35,043 bases of DNA from Candidatus Woesearchaeota archaeon (GCA_013204355.1 JABMOA010000017.1:1-35043), one strand, 5' to 3'; positions 25,102-34,666 are shown, counted from the first letter of the stretch. Notes: generated by a model from the letters alone, not told the origin. Numbers and translations are program-made.

Positions 25102-25112
25102 ATATATATAAA
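25102..25112 (+). promoter_or_regulatory. putative TATA box of guaB
   Basis: ATATATATAAA centred about 28 nt upstream of the ATG at 25135. Confidence 0.45.
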
Positions 25113-25134
25113 CCAAAACACTTCAATTTCTGAC

Positions 25135-26553
25135 ATGGAAACTGGCTTGACGTTTGCTGACGTATTACTTGTTCCAAAGAGAACACCATTAAATTCTAGA
25201 AGTGAGGCTGATACAAAAACAAGATTCACAAGAAATATTCCATTACACATTCCCTTAGTATCTTCTAATATGGCAACGGTCACTGAATATCGTATGGCCA
25301 TTGCAATGGCAAGAGAAGGCGGCCTTGGAATCATCCATCAATTTAATACAATAGAAGAACAAGTTGCAGAAGTGAAGAAAGTTAAACGTTCTACCAGTTA
25401 TGTGATTGAAGATCCAATTACCGTACCTCCACACATTACAATTAAAGAAGCAATTGAAACCATGAATAAAACGGGTGTTACGAGTCTTCTTGTTTCTGAA
25501 AACAAACAGTTAAAAGGTATATTTACACACCGTGATTATTTATTTGAACAAGATGATTTAAAATTAATTTCTGCTGTGATGACACCATTTGAAAAAATGA
25601 TTACAGCAAATCCACATATAGAAATGACTGAAGCAAAACGCATTCTTCATGAACACAGAATTGAAAAGTTACCATTGATTGAAAACGGGGAAGTAAGAGG
25701 ATTAATCACAACAAAAGATATCCAGAAACTTGAACATTGGCCACATTGTACACGTGATGAGAAAGGAAGATTAAGAGTCGGCGCAGCAATAGGCGTAAAA
25801 GATTCTTTAGAACGTGCACATGCATTAATTAAAAGCGGCGTTGATGTTCTTGTTCTGGATGTTGCACACGCACATTCAGATTTAGTCATTGAAACATTAA
25901 AAGCATTAAAAGCAAATTTTCAAATTGATATTATGGTTGGAAATATTGCAACAGCTAATGCAGCAAGAGATTTGATTGAAGCAGGTGCAGATGGTTTGAA
26001 AATTGGGATTGGACCTTCCCCTGTATGTACAACAAGAATTATTTCAGGATCTGGCGTTCCACAAATTTCTGCAATCATAGATGTTGTCAAAATTGCAAAC
26101 CAATATAATATTCCCATAACTGCAGATGGTGGCATGAAATATCCAGGTGATGTTGCAAAAGCAATTGCAGCAGGAGCTTCTACAATTTATTCAGGAAATT
26201 TCTTTGCAGGTACAGATGAAGCGCCTGGAGTTATTATGATGAAAGATGGAAAACGCTACAAGAGATATATGGGTTCAGCTTCATATGATAGTGGTCATGA
26301 AAGAAATGAACATGCAAATAAGAAAAAAGTACGAGAGCGTTTAGATATTTTTGTAGAAGGAGTTTCAACATTAGTTGATTATAAAGGGCCTGTTGAAGAT
26401 GTTATTAAGAGTATTATTAAAGGATTGCAAAGTGGTATAAGTTATTGTGGTGCAAGAACCATTAAAGAAATGCAAGCGAATGCAGAATTTATAAAAATTA
26501 CAGCAGCTGGGTGGAAAGAATCACAATCCAGAGGGGAGAAGTTAAGTGAATGA
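25135..26553 (+). CDS. guaB: IMP dehydrogenase
   Basis: METGLTFADVLLVPKRT N-terminus, an internal CBS pair, the catalytic loop GIGPSPVCTTR, and GGMKYPGDVAKAIAAGA. Start moved from 25045 to 25135 because the extension runs through element B and IMPDHs begin at ..GLTFDDVLL. Confidence 0.93.
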   Translation: METGLTFADVLLVPKRTPLNSRSEADTKTRFTRNIPLHIPLVSSNMATVTEYRMAIAMAREGGLGIIHQFNTIEEQVAEVKKVKRSTSYVIEDPITVPPHITIKEAIETMNKTGVTSLLVSENKQLKGIFTHRDYLFEQDDLKLISAVMTPFEKMITANPHIEMTEAKRILHEHRIEKLPLIENGEVRGLITTKDIQKLEHWPHCTRDEKGRLRVGAAIGVKDSLERAHALIKSGVDVLVLDVAHAHSDLVIETLKALKANFQIDIMVGNIATANAARDLIEAGADGLKIGIGPSPVCTTRIISGSGVPQISAIIDVVKIANQYNIPITADGGMKYPGDVAKAIAAGASTIYSGNFFAGTDEAPGVIMMKDGKRYKRYMGSASYDSGHERNEHANKKKVRERLDIFVEGVSTLVDYKGPVEDVIKSIIKGLQSGISYCGARTIKEMQANAEFIKITAAGWKESQSRGEKLSE

Positions 26554-26554
26554 T

Positions 26555-26899
26555 TTATTTTTTCCAATAATTTACTAATCGTGTGTATAAAGCTGAAAGT
26601 GGAGCGATTTCTTTATAATGGAAATTATTTCCATCTGATGAAATTCTCTTATAACTTCCTGAAATACTTCTAATAGGTATAGGATTTCCTTTAACTGAAA
26701 GTTTAAGTTCTAAAGAATCAAAATCGCCTTTATCAAAATCAAACATAAAAATCCCTCTTTGTGTAGTAAATTTTCCATGACCTCCAGGTTGCCACGTTTC
26801 TGGCAGTAATGAAGGAGCACCCATATAAATACCATTCACATTCAATGGTTTAGATTCTATTTTTATTTCTGGCTGAAGATTATAAGGGTCTTGTTTCAT
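26555..26899 (-). CDS. hypothetical protein
   Basis: 114-aa ATG ORF filling the gap between guaB and valS. No family recognised. Confidence 0.45.
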   Translation of the reverse strand: MKQDPYNLQPEIKIESKPLNVNGIYMGAPSLLPETWQPGGHGKFTTQRGIFMFDFDKGDFDSLELKLSVKGNPIPIRSISGSYKRISSDGNNFHYKEIAPLSALYTRLVNYWKK

Positions 26900-26977
26900 A
26901 GAAATTATTTAAGTAGAAGCTTTATAAAACTTGTGTGAAGTGTATAGTGCAAAAAATCACATTCTCAACCTAAATTA

Positions 26978-26985
26978 TTTAAATA
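26978..26985 (+). promoter_or_regulatory. putative TATA box of valS
   Basis: TTTAAATA centred about 25 nt upstream of the ATG at 27006. Confidence 0.45.
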
Positions 26986-27005
26986 GAAACATTCTCCAAA
27001 CCAAA

Positions 27006-29456
27006 ATGGAACTCCCTCAACGATATAACCCTAAAGAAGCTGAAGCAAAATGGCAAAAATTTTGGTCAGATAATGATATTTTTACATATCACAAAGATGA
27101 TAATAAAGAAACTTACAGTGTAGATACACCACCACCAACTGTTTCTGGTACAATGCATCTTGGACATGCGTTTTCTTATACCCAACAAGATATTGTGGTA
27201 CGATATCAACGTATGAAAGGAAAAAATGTATTTTTTCCATTTGGAACTGATGATAATGGCTTACCTACAGAAAAATTTGTGGAAAAAGAAAAAAAATTAC
27301 TTTCACGAAATATGGATCGTCAAGAATTTATCCAGATTGCAAATGATGTAATTGAAATTAAAAAACCAGAATTTATCAAAAGTTGGCAAGAAATTGGAAT
27401 GTCTGCAGATTTCAAACGATCCTATTCCACAATTAATAAACATTGTCAAATCACATCTCAAGCATCCTTCATAGATTTATTCAATAAAGGAAGAATTGAA
27501 AAAAAGGAATCACCTGTTGCATGGTGCGTATCATGTCAAACTGCAATCGCACAAGCGGAATTTGAATCTGTTGAGAAAGGTTCTCATTTTAATGATATTA
27601 AATTTAAATCAGGGAATCAAGATTTAATTATTTCTACAACCCGTCCAGAATTAGTGCCAGCATGTGTTGCGTTATTCTACCATCCAAAAGATGAACGATA
27701 TAAACATCTTGGAGGAAAGAAAGCAACTGTCCCTGTATTTAATTATGAAGTTCCAATCATTGCAGATGAATCTGTAGAAAAGGATAAAGGAACTGGATTA
27801 ATGATGGTATGTACGTTTGGAGATAAAGAAGATGTTGAAAAATGGCACAAACATCATTTAGATTTACGTGTAGTTTTTGAAAAGTGGGGAAAGATGAATG
27901 ACCTCGCAGGAGAATTCAAGGGTTTAAGTATCAAAGATGGACGTAAAGCAATCTTAGCAAAACTTGAAGAAAACGGATTTCTTGTCAATCAAAAGGAAAT
28001 TACACATGCAACAAATGTGCATGAACGATGTAAAACACCCATTGAATTTATGAAAACCAAACAATGGTATATTAAAATTCTAGATAAAAAAAATGAATTA
28101 TTAGAAGCAGGAAGCAAAATAACATGGTATCCTCAACACATGAAAGTGCGATACGATCATTGGGTTGAAAATTTAAATTGGGATTGGTGTATTTCTAGAC
28201 AAAGACATTTTGGCATCCCAATCCCCGTGTGGCAATGTGAAAGTTGTCAAGCATTCGTTATACCAAAATTAGATGAACTTCCAATTGATCCTACAACCAG
28301 TACAACAAAAAATAAATGTACATGCGGGTCTTCAAAATTAATTGGAGAAACAGATGTCCTTGACACATGGGCAACGTCTTCAATGACACCTGAGATTGCA
28401 CGTAACTGGGCACATAAAGGAGAATATGATATTGAATATATTAATGCGCCAATGGATTTACGTCCGCAAGCACATGACATAATTAGAACCTGGTTATTTT
28501 ATACATTAGCAAAATCTTATTTCCATTTTGGCAGAATTCCTTGGAAAAATGTTGCAATTTCCGGACATGCACAGGATTCTGCAGGAAGAAAAATGTCAAA
28601 ATCCATGGGGAACGGTATTGATCCCATAGAAATGATTGAAAAATATTCTGCTGACGCACTTAGATTCTGGGCAGCAACTTCTAAACTTGGCGATGATTTA
28701 CCCTTCCAAGAGAAAGATTTGTTAACTGGTCAAAAAACAGCAACTAAAATATTTAATGCAAGTAAATTTAGTTTAATGCATCTGAAGGACTTTAGTCCAA
28801 AGACATCCCAAAAATCAGAAGTTACGGAAATCTTTGACCAATGGTTGTTAAGTAAATTACAAAAAATCATTAAATCAGCGACTGAAAGTTTTGACAAATA
28901 CGAATATTCAAAAGTTAAATCAGAAGTTGACATCTATTTTTGGCAAATATTCTGTGACCAATACCTTGAAATTGTGAAAGATCGTTTGTATAAACCCGAA
29001 CTAAGAGGAGATCTACAACGAAAAAGTGGACAACAAGCATTGTACACAACATTACTTAGCATCCTTAAGATGTTAGCACCAATCGTGCCCCATATTACGG
29101 AAGAAGTCTATCAATTATATTTCAAAAATTGGGAAAACAAAGAAAGTATCCATATTTCGTCATGGCCAGTATTTAATGAATCTCTTGTGAATGAAAATGC
29201 AGAAATTACAGGAGATTTAGGTGTGGATGTTATTAATTCTATACGAAAATATAAATCTGAAAACCATGTATCTATGAAAGAAGAACTTCAAAGTATCGTT
29301 TTAATTAGTGAAGAAACAAATTTTAAAGAGATGATTCTTTCCATTCAAGATGATTTGAAATCTGTGTTACATGTGAAAGAAATTGTTTTTGAGGGTGAAA
29401 CCTCAACTGTGTCTGAAAGATTTGGTATTAAGATTGGTGTTGTAAATCAAGCTTAA
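27006..29456 (+). CDS. valS: valine--tRNA ligase
   Basis: PPPTVSGTMHLGHAF (HIGH), KMSKSMGN (KMSKS), a CP1 editing domain (TTRPE, GTG..MVCTFGD) and WCISRQRHFG. Start at MELPQRYNPKEAE; the track ORF begins at an upstream TTG. Confidence 0.95.
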   Translation: MELPQRYNPKEAEAKWQKFWSDNDIFTYHKDDNKETYSVDTPPPTVSGTMHLGHAFSYTQQDIVVRYQRMKGKNVFFPFGTDDNGLPTEKFVEKEKKLLSRNMDRQEFIQIANDVIEIKKPEFIKSWQEIGMSADFKRSYSTINKHCQITSQASFIDLFNKGRIEKKESPVAWCVSCQTAIAQAEFESVEKGSHFNDIKFKSGNQDLIISTTRPELVPACVALFYHPKDERYKHLGGKKATVPVFNYEVPIIADESVEKDKGTGLMMVCTFGDKEDVEKWHKHHLDLRVVFEKWGKMNDLAGEFKGLSIKDGRKAILAKLEENGFLVNQKEITHATNVHERCKTPIEFMKTKQWYIKILDKKNELLEAGSKITWYPQHMKVRYDHWVENLNWDWCISRQRHFGIPIPVWQCESCQAFVIPKLDELPIDPTTSTTKNKCTCGSSKLIGETDVLDTWATSSMTPEIARNWAHKGEYDIEYINAPMDLRPQAHDIIRTWLFYTLAKSYFHFGRIPWKNVAISGHAQDSAGRKMSKSMGNGIDPIEMIEKYSADALRFWAATSKLGDDLPFQEKDLLTGQKTATKIFNASKFSLMHLKDFSPKTSQKSEVTEIFDQWLLSKLQKIIKSATESFDKYEYSKVKSEVDIYFWQIFCDQYLEIVKDRLYKPELRGDLQRKSGQQALYTTLLSILKMLAPIVPHITEEVYQLYFKNWENKESIHISSWPVFNESLVNENAEITGDLGVDVINSIRKYKSENHVSMKEELQSIVLISEETNFKEMILSIQDDLKSVLHVKEIVFEGETSTVSERFGIKIGVVNQA

Positions 29457-29665
29457 ATAGGCTCAATTTTACGAAAGATATTTAAGCGAGCGTATGCATA
29501 TAAACACAAATAAACGTAAAATCATAAAAATTATTGATAATGAATTTTTAGAATGCAAATCAAGCTTTGTTTGATTGCACAAAAAATCTTTAATTTTTTG
29601 TGCCAAAAATTTCACCATAAATTTTAATGTATTACGTTAATTTTCAATTAGTGAGGTGTGATAAA

Positions 29666-29833
29666 ATGGAAGCATATTGTGTTAAATGTAAAGCAAAAAG
29701 AGAGATGGTAGACGGTAAAGAAACTACAATGAATGGTAAAGGTGGTAAGCAAAGACCAATCATGAAAGGTAAATGTCCAACATGTTCTACAACAATGGTT
29801 AGAATTCTACCAAGTAAAAAACCAGCAGAATAA
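29666..29833 (+). CDS. small zinc-ribbon protein (DUF5679-like)
   Basis: MEAYCVKCKAKREM...GKCPTCSTTMVRIL, i.e. CxxC ... CxxC in 55 aa. GAGGTG lies 8 nt upstream of this ATG. Confidence 0.6.
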   Translation: MEAYCVKCKAKREMVDGKETTMNGKGGKQRPIMKGKCPTCSTTMVRILPSKKPAE

Positions 29834-29839
29834 GTTCTG

Positions 29840-29858
29840 TTTTTATTTTTTTTCTTTT
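29840..29858 (+). terminator. oligo-T tract downstream of the zinc-ribbon gene (archaeal-type terminator candidate)
   Basis: TTTTTATTTTTTTTCTTTT begins 7 nt after the stop codon. Confidence 0.35.
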
Positions 29859-29866
29859 ATTGATTA

Positions 29867-30051
29867 GGCTTTGTAGAATTGCTTTATTAATAACACCTTT
29901 AAATAAATTATTTGTATGTGGGTTAATAGTACCACAGGAGGCGCATTTGTAAGTTTACGAACAAATCTACCGCGCCGTGTACTATTAACATGGAACATAG
30001 AAATGATTTACCCTCAAGTGTTATGTCTTTAAATAGCATTTCTACAGAGCC
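29867..30051 (+). mobile_element. palindromic MITE-like element, copy C
   Basis: Arms GGCTTTGTAGAATTGC / GCATTTCTACAGAGCC, TTAATAGTAC / GTACTATTAA and ATTTGT / ACAAAT. Core homologous to A and B. Flanked by ATTGATT (29859-29865 and 30053-30059), each 1 nt from the terminus. Confidence 0.55.
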
Positions 30052-30096
30052 CATTGATTGCAAACATTTAAAAGTTCTTAAAAAAACATTTCTTGT

Positions 30097-30783
30097 ATGA
30101 AAGAAATGTTTATCCCCATATTTTTAGCAGTGATGGTCGGAGTTGTAGAATATTTTAGTAAACGTATTAATATTACAGGTAAACAGTACAGTAGTAAGAT
30201 TCTTTCCTTTTCTGCAGGTGTTTCTATTACTTATTTACTTTTAGAGTTATTACCAGAATTTACAGAAGCAGCATTAGGAATCAATAAATATCTTTTTATA
30301 GCATTACCTTTAGGATTTATTAGCCATCATTTAATTGAAAAACAAATTTATAAACATAATTATAAACACGATCTTGTGAAAATGTTAACTTTAGAGGAAC
30401 ATTTATTCTACTTCTTTTATCACATAATTTTAGGAACAGTAATTGTAACCTTTAGTTTAGAAAGTATAACCAAAGTATTATTGTTGTTCTTTACAATTTT
30501 ATCATTTACAGCGGTAAGCAATTTGCCTTCCATCAAACATAAATCTATGGAACGTGCATTGTTTCTTTCAACATCAACATTAATTGGTGTTTTACTGGCA
30601 TTATCCATCTGGAGATTTATCCCCCAATGGGTTCATTTTTCTTTAGTTGGTTTCGCAGCAGGAGTCTTGTTATTCACAATTACGCGACATCATATTCCAT
30701 TCGGACGTCGAGGAAAAATTGGATACTTCTCTGTAGGCTTTATTTTATATTCCTTAATTATTATGGTTAGTTGGAGTTTTTGA
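30097..30783 (+). CDS. hypothetical polytopic membrane protein (possible metal/ion transporter)
   Basis: 228 aa, about 6-7 hydrophobic helices, with His-containing motifs (ISHHLIEK, TRHHIPFGRRG). Family not recognised. Confidence 0.5.
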   Translation: MKEMFIPIFLAVMVGVVEYFSKRINITGKQYSSKILSFSAGVSITYLLLELLPEFTEAALGINKYLFIALPLGFISHHLIEKQIYKHNYKHDLVKMLTLEEHLFYFFYHIILGTVIVTFSLESITKVLLLFFTILSFTAVSNLPSIKHKSMERALFLSTSTLIGVLLALSIWRFIPQWVHFSLVGFAAGVLLFTITRHHIPFGRRGKIGYFSVGFILYSLIIMVSWSF

Positions 30784-30835
30784 ATGGCCTATTTGCGAGA
30801 TTATTATATGTTATAATTTGGAGAAGAAAAGTTAT

Positions 30836-31804
30836 CTAAACCTTAACCAAAGAAGGACTCTTAAATCTCTTAAACAATACACCAAGAATATTCTTTGCTG
30901 CAATCTCTGACATTGCTTGACGTGCTTCAATTGTTGCAGATGCTGTATGGGGTGTTAATACGACATTGTCTAATTTATTCAAACCAGGGGATAATTTTGG
31001 TTCATTTTCATAGACATCTAAAGCTGCTCCTTGAATTTGCTTATTCTTTAATGCTGTGACTAGAGCTTTTTCATCTATGATTGGTCCTCTAGAAGTATTA
31101 ACAAGATATGCAGTTTTCTTCATTAACGCAAGTTCTTTTTTTCCAATTAAATGATGTGTTGAAGGTATTAATGGAACGTGAATTGTAACCACATCTGATT
31201 TTTTTAGTAATGTTGAGAGAGAAACTTTCTTTGCATTATACTTCTTTTCAAACTTAGGTTTCTTGTGGATATTGTGATACAACACATTCATCTCCATACC
31301 CATAACCGCCTTTTCAGCAACTTCTGCTCCAATTCTTCCTAATCCTACAACACCAAGTGTTTTTCCTTTAAGTTCTGTTCCTAACAATAACATAGGCGCC
31401 CAGCCTTTATATTTTCCTTTCTTGGTAAATTGGTCTGATTCCGTAATACGTTTTGTAATCGCAAGCATTAATGCAAATGTATGTTCTGCAACTGCATCTG
31501 TTAACACACCAGGTGTATTTCCAACAGGAATTTTTTTGGAAGCTGCATGTTTCACATCAATGTTATTGTAGCCTACAGCATAATTTGAAATAATTTTAAG
31601 ATTAGGATTAGCATTGATAATAGATTTGTCAATTTTATCTGTAAGTAAGCAAAGAAGAGCATCACACCATTTCACACCTGCAAGAAGTTCTTTTTTAGAA
31701 ATAACATGATCATGTGGATGTATTTTTACTTCACAATGTTTCTTTAAAAGATTGAGACCTTTATCTGGAATTTTACGTGTGACAAATACTTTTGGTTTTT
31801 GCAT
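30836..31804 (-). CDS. D-isomer-specific 2-hydroxyacid dehydrogenase (glyoxylate/hydroxypyruvate reductase-like)
   Basis: 322 aa. NAD-binding GKTLGVVGLGRIGAEVA, a catalytic region (LVNTSRGPIIDE, TPHTASAT) and the N-terminal MQKPKVFVTRKIP typical of GyaR-type enzymes. Confidence 0.88.
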   Translation of the reverse strand: MQKPKVFVTRKIPDKGLNLLKKHCEVKIHPHDHVISKKELLAGVKWCDALLCLLTDKIDKSIINANPNLKIISNYAVGYNNIDVKHAASKKIPVGNTPGVLTDAVAEHTFALMLAITKRITESDQFTKKGKYKGWAPMLLLGTELKGKTLGVVGLGRIGAEVAEKAVMGMEMNVLYHNIHKKPKFEKKYNAKKVSLSTLLKKSDVVTIHVPLIPSTHHLIGKKELALMKKTAYLVNTSRGPIIDEKALVTALKNKQIQGAALDVYENEPKLSPGLNKLDNVVLTPHTASATIEARQAMSEIAAKNILGVLFKRFKSPSLVKV

Positions 31805-31897
31805 ATGCTTGGAAATATTTTTCTATATATAAATATTCGTAACTATGAATTAGTTGAAACCAAAGACTTATTAACAAAAAAAATATTCTTACCCTTG

Positions 31898-33259
31898 ATG
31901 GATGTATATGATTTACTCGTAATTGGATCTGGTGCTGGGTTAAATGTAGCAGTTGAAGCTGCAGAAGCTGGGCTAAGTGTGTGTATCATAGAGAAAGGTC
32001 CTCTTGGTGGGACCTGTTTAAACAGGGGATGTATCCCTTCTAAAATTGTCATCCATTCTGCTGAGGTTGCAGAAGGTATCCATAGATCAAAAGAATTTGG
32101 TATTACCTCTTCAATTTCTAAAATCAATTTCAAATATGTAACAGATCGTGCCAATAAAACTGTTGATGCAGATGCACGAAGTATTCAAAAATCTTTATTG
32201 AAAGGAAAAAATCCTACATTGATTCAAGGTGAAGCAAAATTCATTGCACCTTACGTTGTTCAAGTAGGTAAAAAACAAATCAAAGGAAAGAAAGTATTAA
32301 TTGCATCCGGAGCATGTTCTTTTATCCCACCGATTGAAGGTTTGGATAAAGTTCCTTACATGACATCAACTGAAGCATTACGTCTCACAAAGCTTCCGAA
32401 ATCAATGATTGTGATTGGGGGCGGATATATTGGGTGTGAATTAGGAAATTTCTATGGCGCATTAGGATGCAAGGTAACAATCCTTCAACGTGGAGATTTA
32501 TTATTACCTAGAGAAGATGTTGATGTAGCGAAAACATTTACAAACCTGTGGAAAAAGAAATTTAATATTATTCTAAACGCATCAGCAATAAAAGTATCTA
32601 AGAAAGGGAATTTAATTACAGTTACTGCAAAGGTTGGAAATAAGACAAAAACATTTACCGCAGAAAAAATCCTTGTTGCAACTGGAGTGAAACCTAATTC
32701 AGATTTGTTGGCTGTAGAAAAAACAGGTGTGAAAACAAACAAGTACGGATTTATTCAGGTAAATAAATTCATGGAAACTTCTCAAAAAAAAATATGGGCA
32801 TTGGGTGATGTTTCTGGTGTGTACATGTTTAGACATTCTGCAAATTTGGAAGCAGATTTTGCTACGATTAATATTCTCAATAAGAAAAAGCAAGCAGTTG
32901 ATTATTTCCCCATGCCACATGCAGTCTTCACTTCTCCAGAAATTGCAGGTGTTGGTTTAACGGAACAAGAAGCAAAAGAACAAAAGAAAAATTATGTTGT
33001 GGGACGAACATTCTACAAAAACACAGGCAAAGGAGAAGCATTAAATGAAAAAGATGGATTTTGTAAATTTATTGTTGAGAAAAAAACAAAAAAAATTTTA
33101 GGTTGCCACATTATGGGACCAAATGCTTCTATTTTGATCCATGAAGTCTTGATTGCGATGAAAGCTAAAAATTCATTGAACCTTCTGAGAAATGTTGTTC
33201 ACATCCATCCTGCTTTGAGTGAAGTTGTGCAACGAGCAGCAGGCAATGTTCCTTTGTAA
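31898..33259 (+). CDS. class I pyridine nucleotide-disulfide oxidoreductase, dihydrolipoyl dehydrogenase-like
   Basis: YDLLVIGSGAGL (FAD), the redox-active GGTCLNRGCIPSK, a second GGGYIGCELG (NAD) and the C-terminal dimerisation motif HIHPALSEVV. Start at the first ATG; the track ORF starts at an upstream TTG. Confidence 0.85.
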   Translation: MDVYDLLVIGSGAGLNVAVEAAEAGLSVCIIEKGPLGGTCLNRGCIPSKIVIHSAEVAEGIHRSKEFGITSSISKINFKYVTDRANKTVDADARSIQKSLLKGKNPTLIQGEAKFIAPYVVQVGKKQIKGKKVLIASGACSFIPPIEGLDKVPYMTSTEALRLTKLPKSMIVIGGGYIGCELGNFYGALGCKVTILQRGDLLLPREDVDVAKTFTNLWKKKFNIILNASAIKVSKKGNLITVTAKVGNKTKTFTAEKILVATGVKPNSDLLAVEKTGVKTNKYGFIQVNKFMETSQKKIWALGDVSGVYMFRHSANLEADFATINILNKKKQAVDYFPMPHAVFTSPEIAGVGLTEQEAKEQKKNYVVGRTFYKNTGKGEALNEKDGFCKFIVEKKTKKILGCHIMGPNASILIHEVLIAMKAKNSLNLLRNVVHIHPALSEVVQRAAGNVPL

Positions 33260-33312
33260 TTTGAAAAAAAATAAAAAACATGTGTTAGAGTTTATTCTTA
33301 TCCCATTATCAT

Positions 33313-33399
33313 TTATTCACATTCGCAACAGTTTTTACAAGCTCCTTCGTCACTACAAACTTTGCTTGCTTCATCTCCACAATATTCACATTCAGGCAT
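33313..33399 (-). CDS. candidate 28-aa Cys-rich peptide (not in the ORF track)
   Basis: The minus strand reads MPECEYCGDEASKVCSDEGACKNCCECE* (7 Cys in 28 aa). It is preceded by GGGGGGTGA 4 nt from the ATG and by a TATA-like CTTTTATAAA about 50 nt upstream. Confidence 0.3.
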   Translation of the reverse strand: MPECEYCGDEASKVCSDEGACKNCCECE

Positions 33400-33443
33400 A
33401 TTTTCACCCCCCATAGTAGATTTAGCGGTAATTGAAAAACGAG

Positions 33444-33452
33444 TTTATAAAA
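33444..33452 (-). promoter_or_regulatory. TATA-like element upstream of the 28-aa Cys-rich ORF
   Basis: The minus strand reads TTTTATAAA, located between the tkt C-subunit stop and the small ORF. Confidence 0.3.
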
Positions 33453-33458
33453 GTTTCC

Positions 33459-34424
33459 CTAATTACAGATTTTCAAAGCAGCTCTTAGGATATGTTCTGC
33501 ACTAAAACCAAATTTCTTTAACAATTCAACTGGTTCCCCTGATTCTCCAAACCGATCCTTCATGCCTATTCTTTTAATAGGGATGGGATATACTTCAGAT
33601 AAGAATTCTGTCACTGCACCACCTAAACCACCTGTGATTTGACCCTCTTCAACCGTAATGATTTTCTTACATTTCTTTGCAGCCATTAAAATAGTTGCTT
33701 TGTCTAAAGGTTTAATTGTATGTGAATTAATAACCATGGCATTAATTCCTTTCTTTTCTAAATCTTGCGCTGCTTGCATACATTCGGCTACCACAGGACC
33801 TGCAGCAATTAAAACAATATCTTTCCCTTCCTTTAAAATTTGAGCTTTTCCAATTGTAAATGGTGTTTTAGAGGTGGTCATTTGTTGTGATGCAGAACGT
33901 GCAAATCTCATGTAACAAGGGCCTTTATATTTTGCAATTGCTATGGTTGCTTTCTTGGTTTGTTCATAGTCAGCAGGAACAATGACAACCATATTTGGAA
34001 GTGCGCGCATAATTGCAATATCTTCAAGCATTTGATGCGTTGCACCATCTGGTCCAACGGAAACACCTGCATGGGCCCCAATAATTTTAACGTTTTGATT
34101 GTTGTAACAAATCGTTGTTCTAATTTGTTCCCAACATCTTCCAGGACAAAAAGCTGCATATGAAGATGCAAACGGAATCTTTCCAACTGCTGCTAATCCT
34201 GATGCAACTGTCACAAGATTTTGTTCAGCAACACCCATCTCCACATACTGTTGAGGATATTTTTTAGCAAATTTATCCACCTTTGTAGACTCTTTTAAAT
34301 CTGCACAAAGAACCATAATTTTTTTACTTCTTCCTAATTCAACTAATGCATCACCATAACCAGATCTCGTAGGTACTAATTGTCGGTCAAAGTTCAGATG
34401 TAAATTTTTATTGATGCCTTTCAT
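33459..34424 (-). CDS. tkt: transketolase, C-terminal subunit (pyrimidine-binding + C-terminal domains)
   Basis: 321 aa. RSGYGDALVELG, EMGVAEQNLV, GPDGATHQMLEDIAIMR and the C-terminal VTVEEGQITGGLG are typical of split transketolase subunit B. Its ATG overlaps the upstream stop by 1 nt (TAATG). Confidence 0.92.
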   Translation of the reverse strand: MKGINKNLHLNFDRQLVPTRSGYGDALVELGRSKKIMVLCADLKESTKVDKFAKKYPQQYVEMGVAEQNLVTVASGLAAVGKIPFASSYAAFCPGRCWEQIRTTICYNNQNVKIIGAHAGVSVGPDGATHQMLEDIAIMRALPNMVVIVPADYEQTKKATIAIAKYKGPCYMRFARSASQQMTTSKTPFTIGKAQILKEGKDIVLIAAGPVVAECMQAAQDLEKKGINAMVINSHTIKPLDKATILMAAKKCKKIITVEEGQITGGLGGAVTEFLSEVYPIPIKRIGMKDRFGESGEPVELLKKFGFSAEHILRAALKICN

Positions 34425-34666
34425 TATTTATGTATTGGTTTAAATTTATTATGTGCCGTAATCCAATCTCCTCGTTCTTGTACTTCGTGTGCATGTATTT
34501 CTTCAATTGCTAATTGAGCTTCATCCTCCTTTGGAGGTTTTCCATGCCACTCATATTTATTCTCCATGAAATCAACGCCTTTCCCGGGGATAGTATTTGC
34601 AATAATCATTAAAGGTTTCCCTTTATTATTTCGTGCAGCTTTTAACACGGCAACAATTTGTTTCAT
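34424..34666 (-). CDS. tkt: transketolase N-terminal subunit, distal fragment downstream of an in-frame TGA
   Basis: MKQIVAVLKAARNNKGKPLMIIANTIPGKGVDFMENKYEWHGKPP is the end of the TPP-binding subunit. It is in the same frame as 34694..35043, separated only by TGA plus 9 sense codons. Confidence 0.8.
   Translation of the reverse strand: MKQIVAVLKAARNNKGKPLMIIANTIPGKGVDFMENKYEWHGKPPKEDEAQLAIEEIHAHEVQERGDWITAHNKFKPIHK

Noticed and set aside
24990-25334. The 114-aa minus-strand ORF and the 30-codon N-terminal extension of guaB (25045-25134).
   Set aside because: Both run through palindromic element B and the guaB TATA box. IMPDH homologs start at ..GLTFDDVLLVP, which corresponds to the ATG at 25135, and the antisense ORF is a shadow of guaB.
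29460-29522. Possible fourth copy of the palindromic element after valS (GGCTCAATTTTACG ... TATGCATA ... CGTAAAAT).
   Set aside because: It starts with GGCTC and has an 8-bp inverted repeat. It lacks the matching AGCC terminus, the conserved ACGGC/GCCTC core and any flanking direct repeat, so the resemblance may be coincidental.
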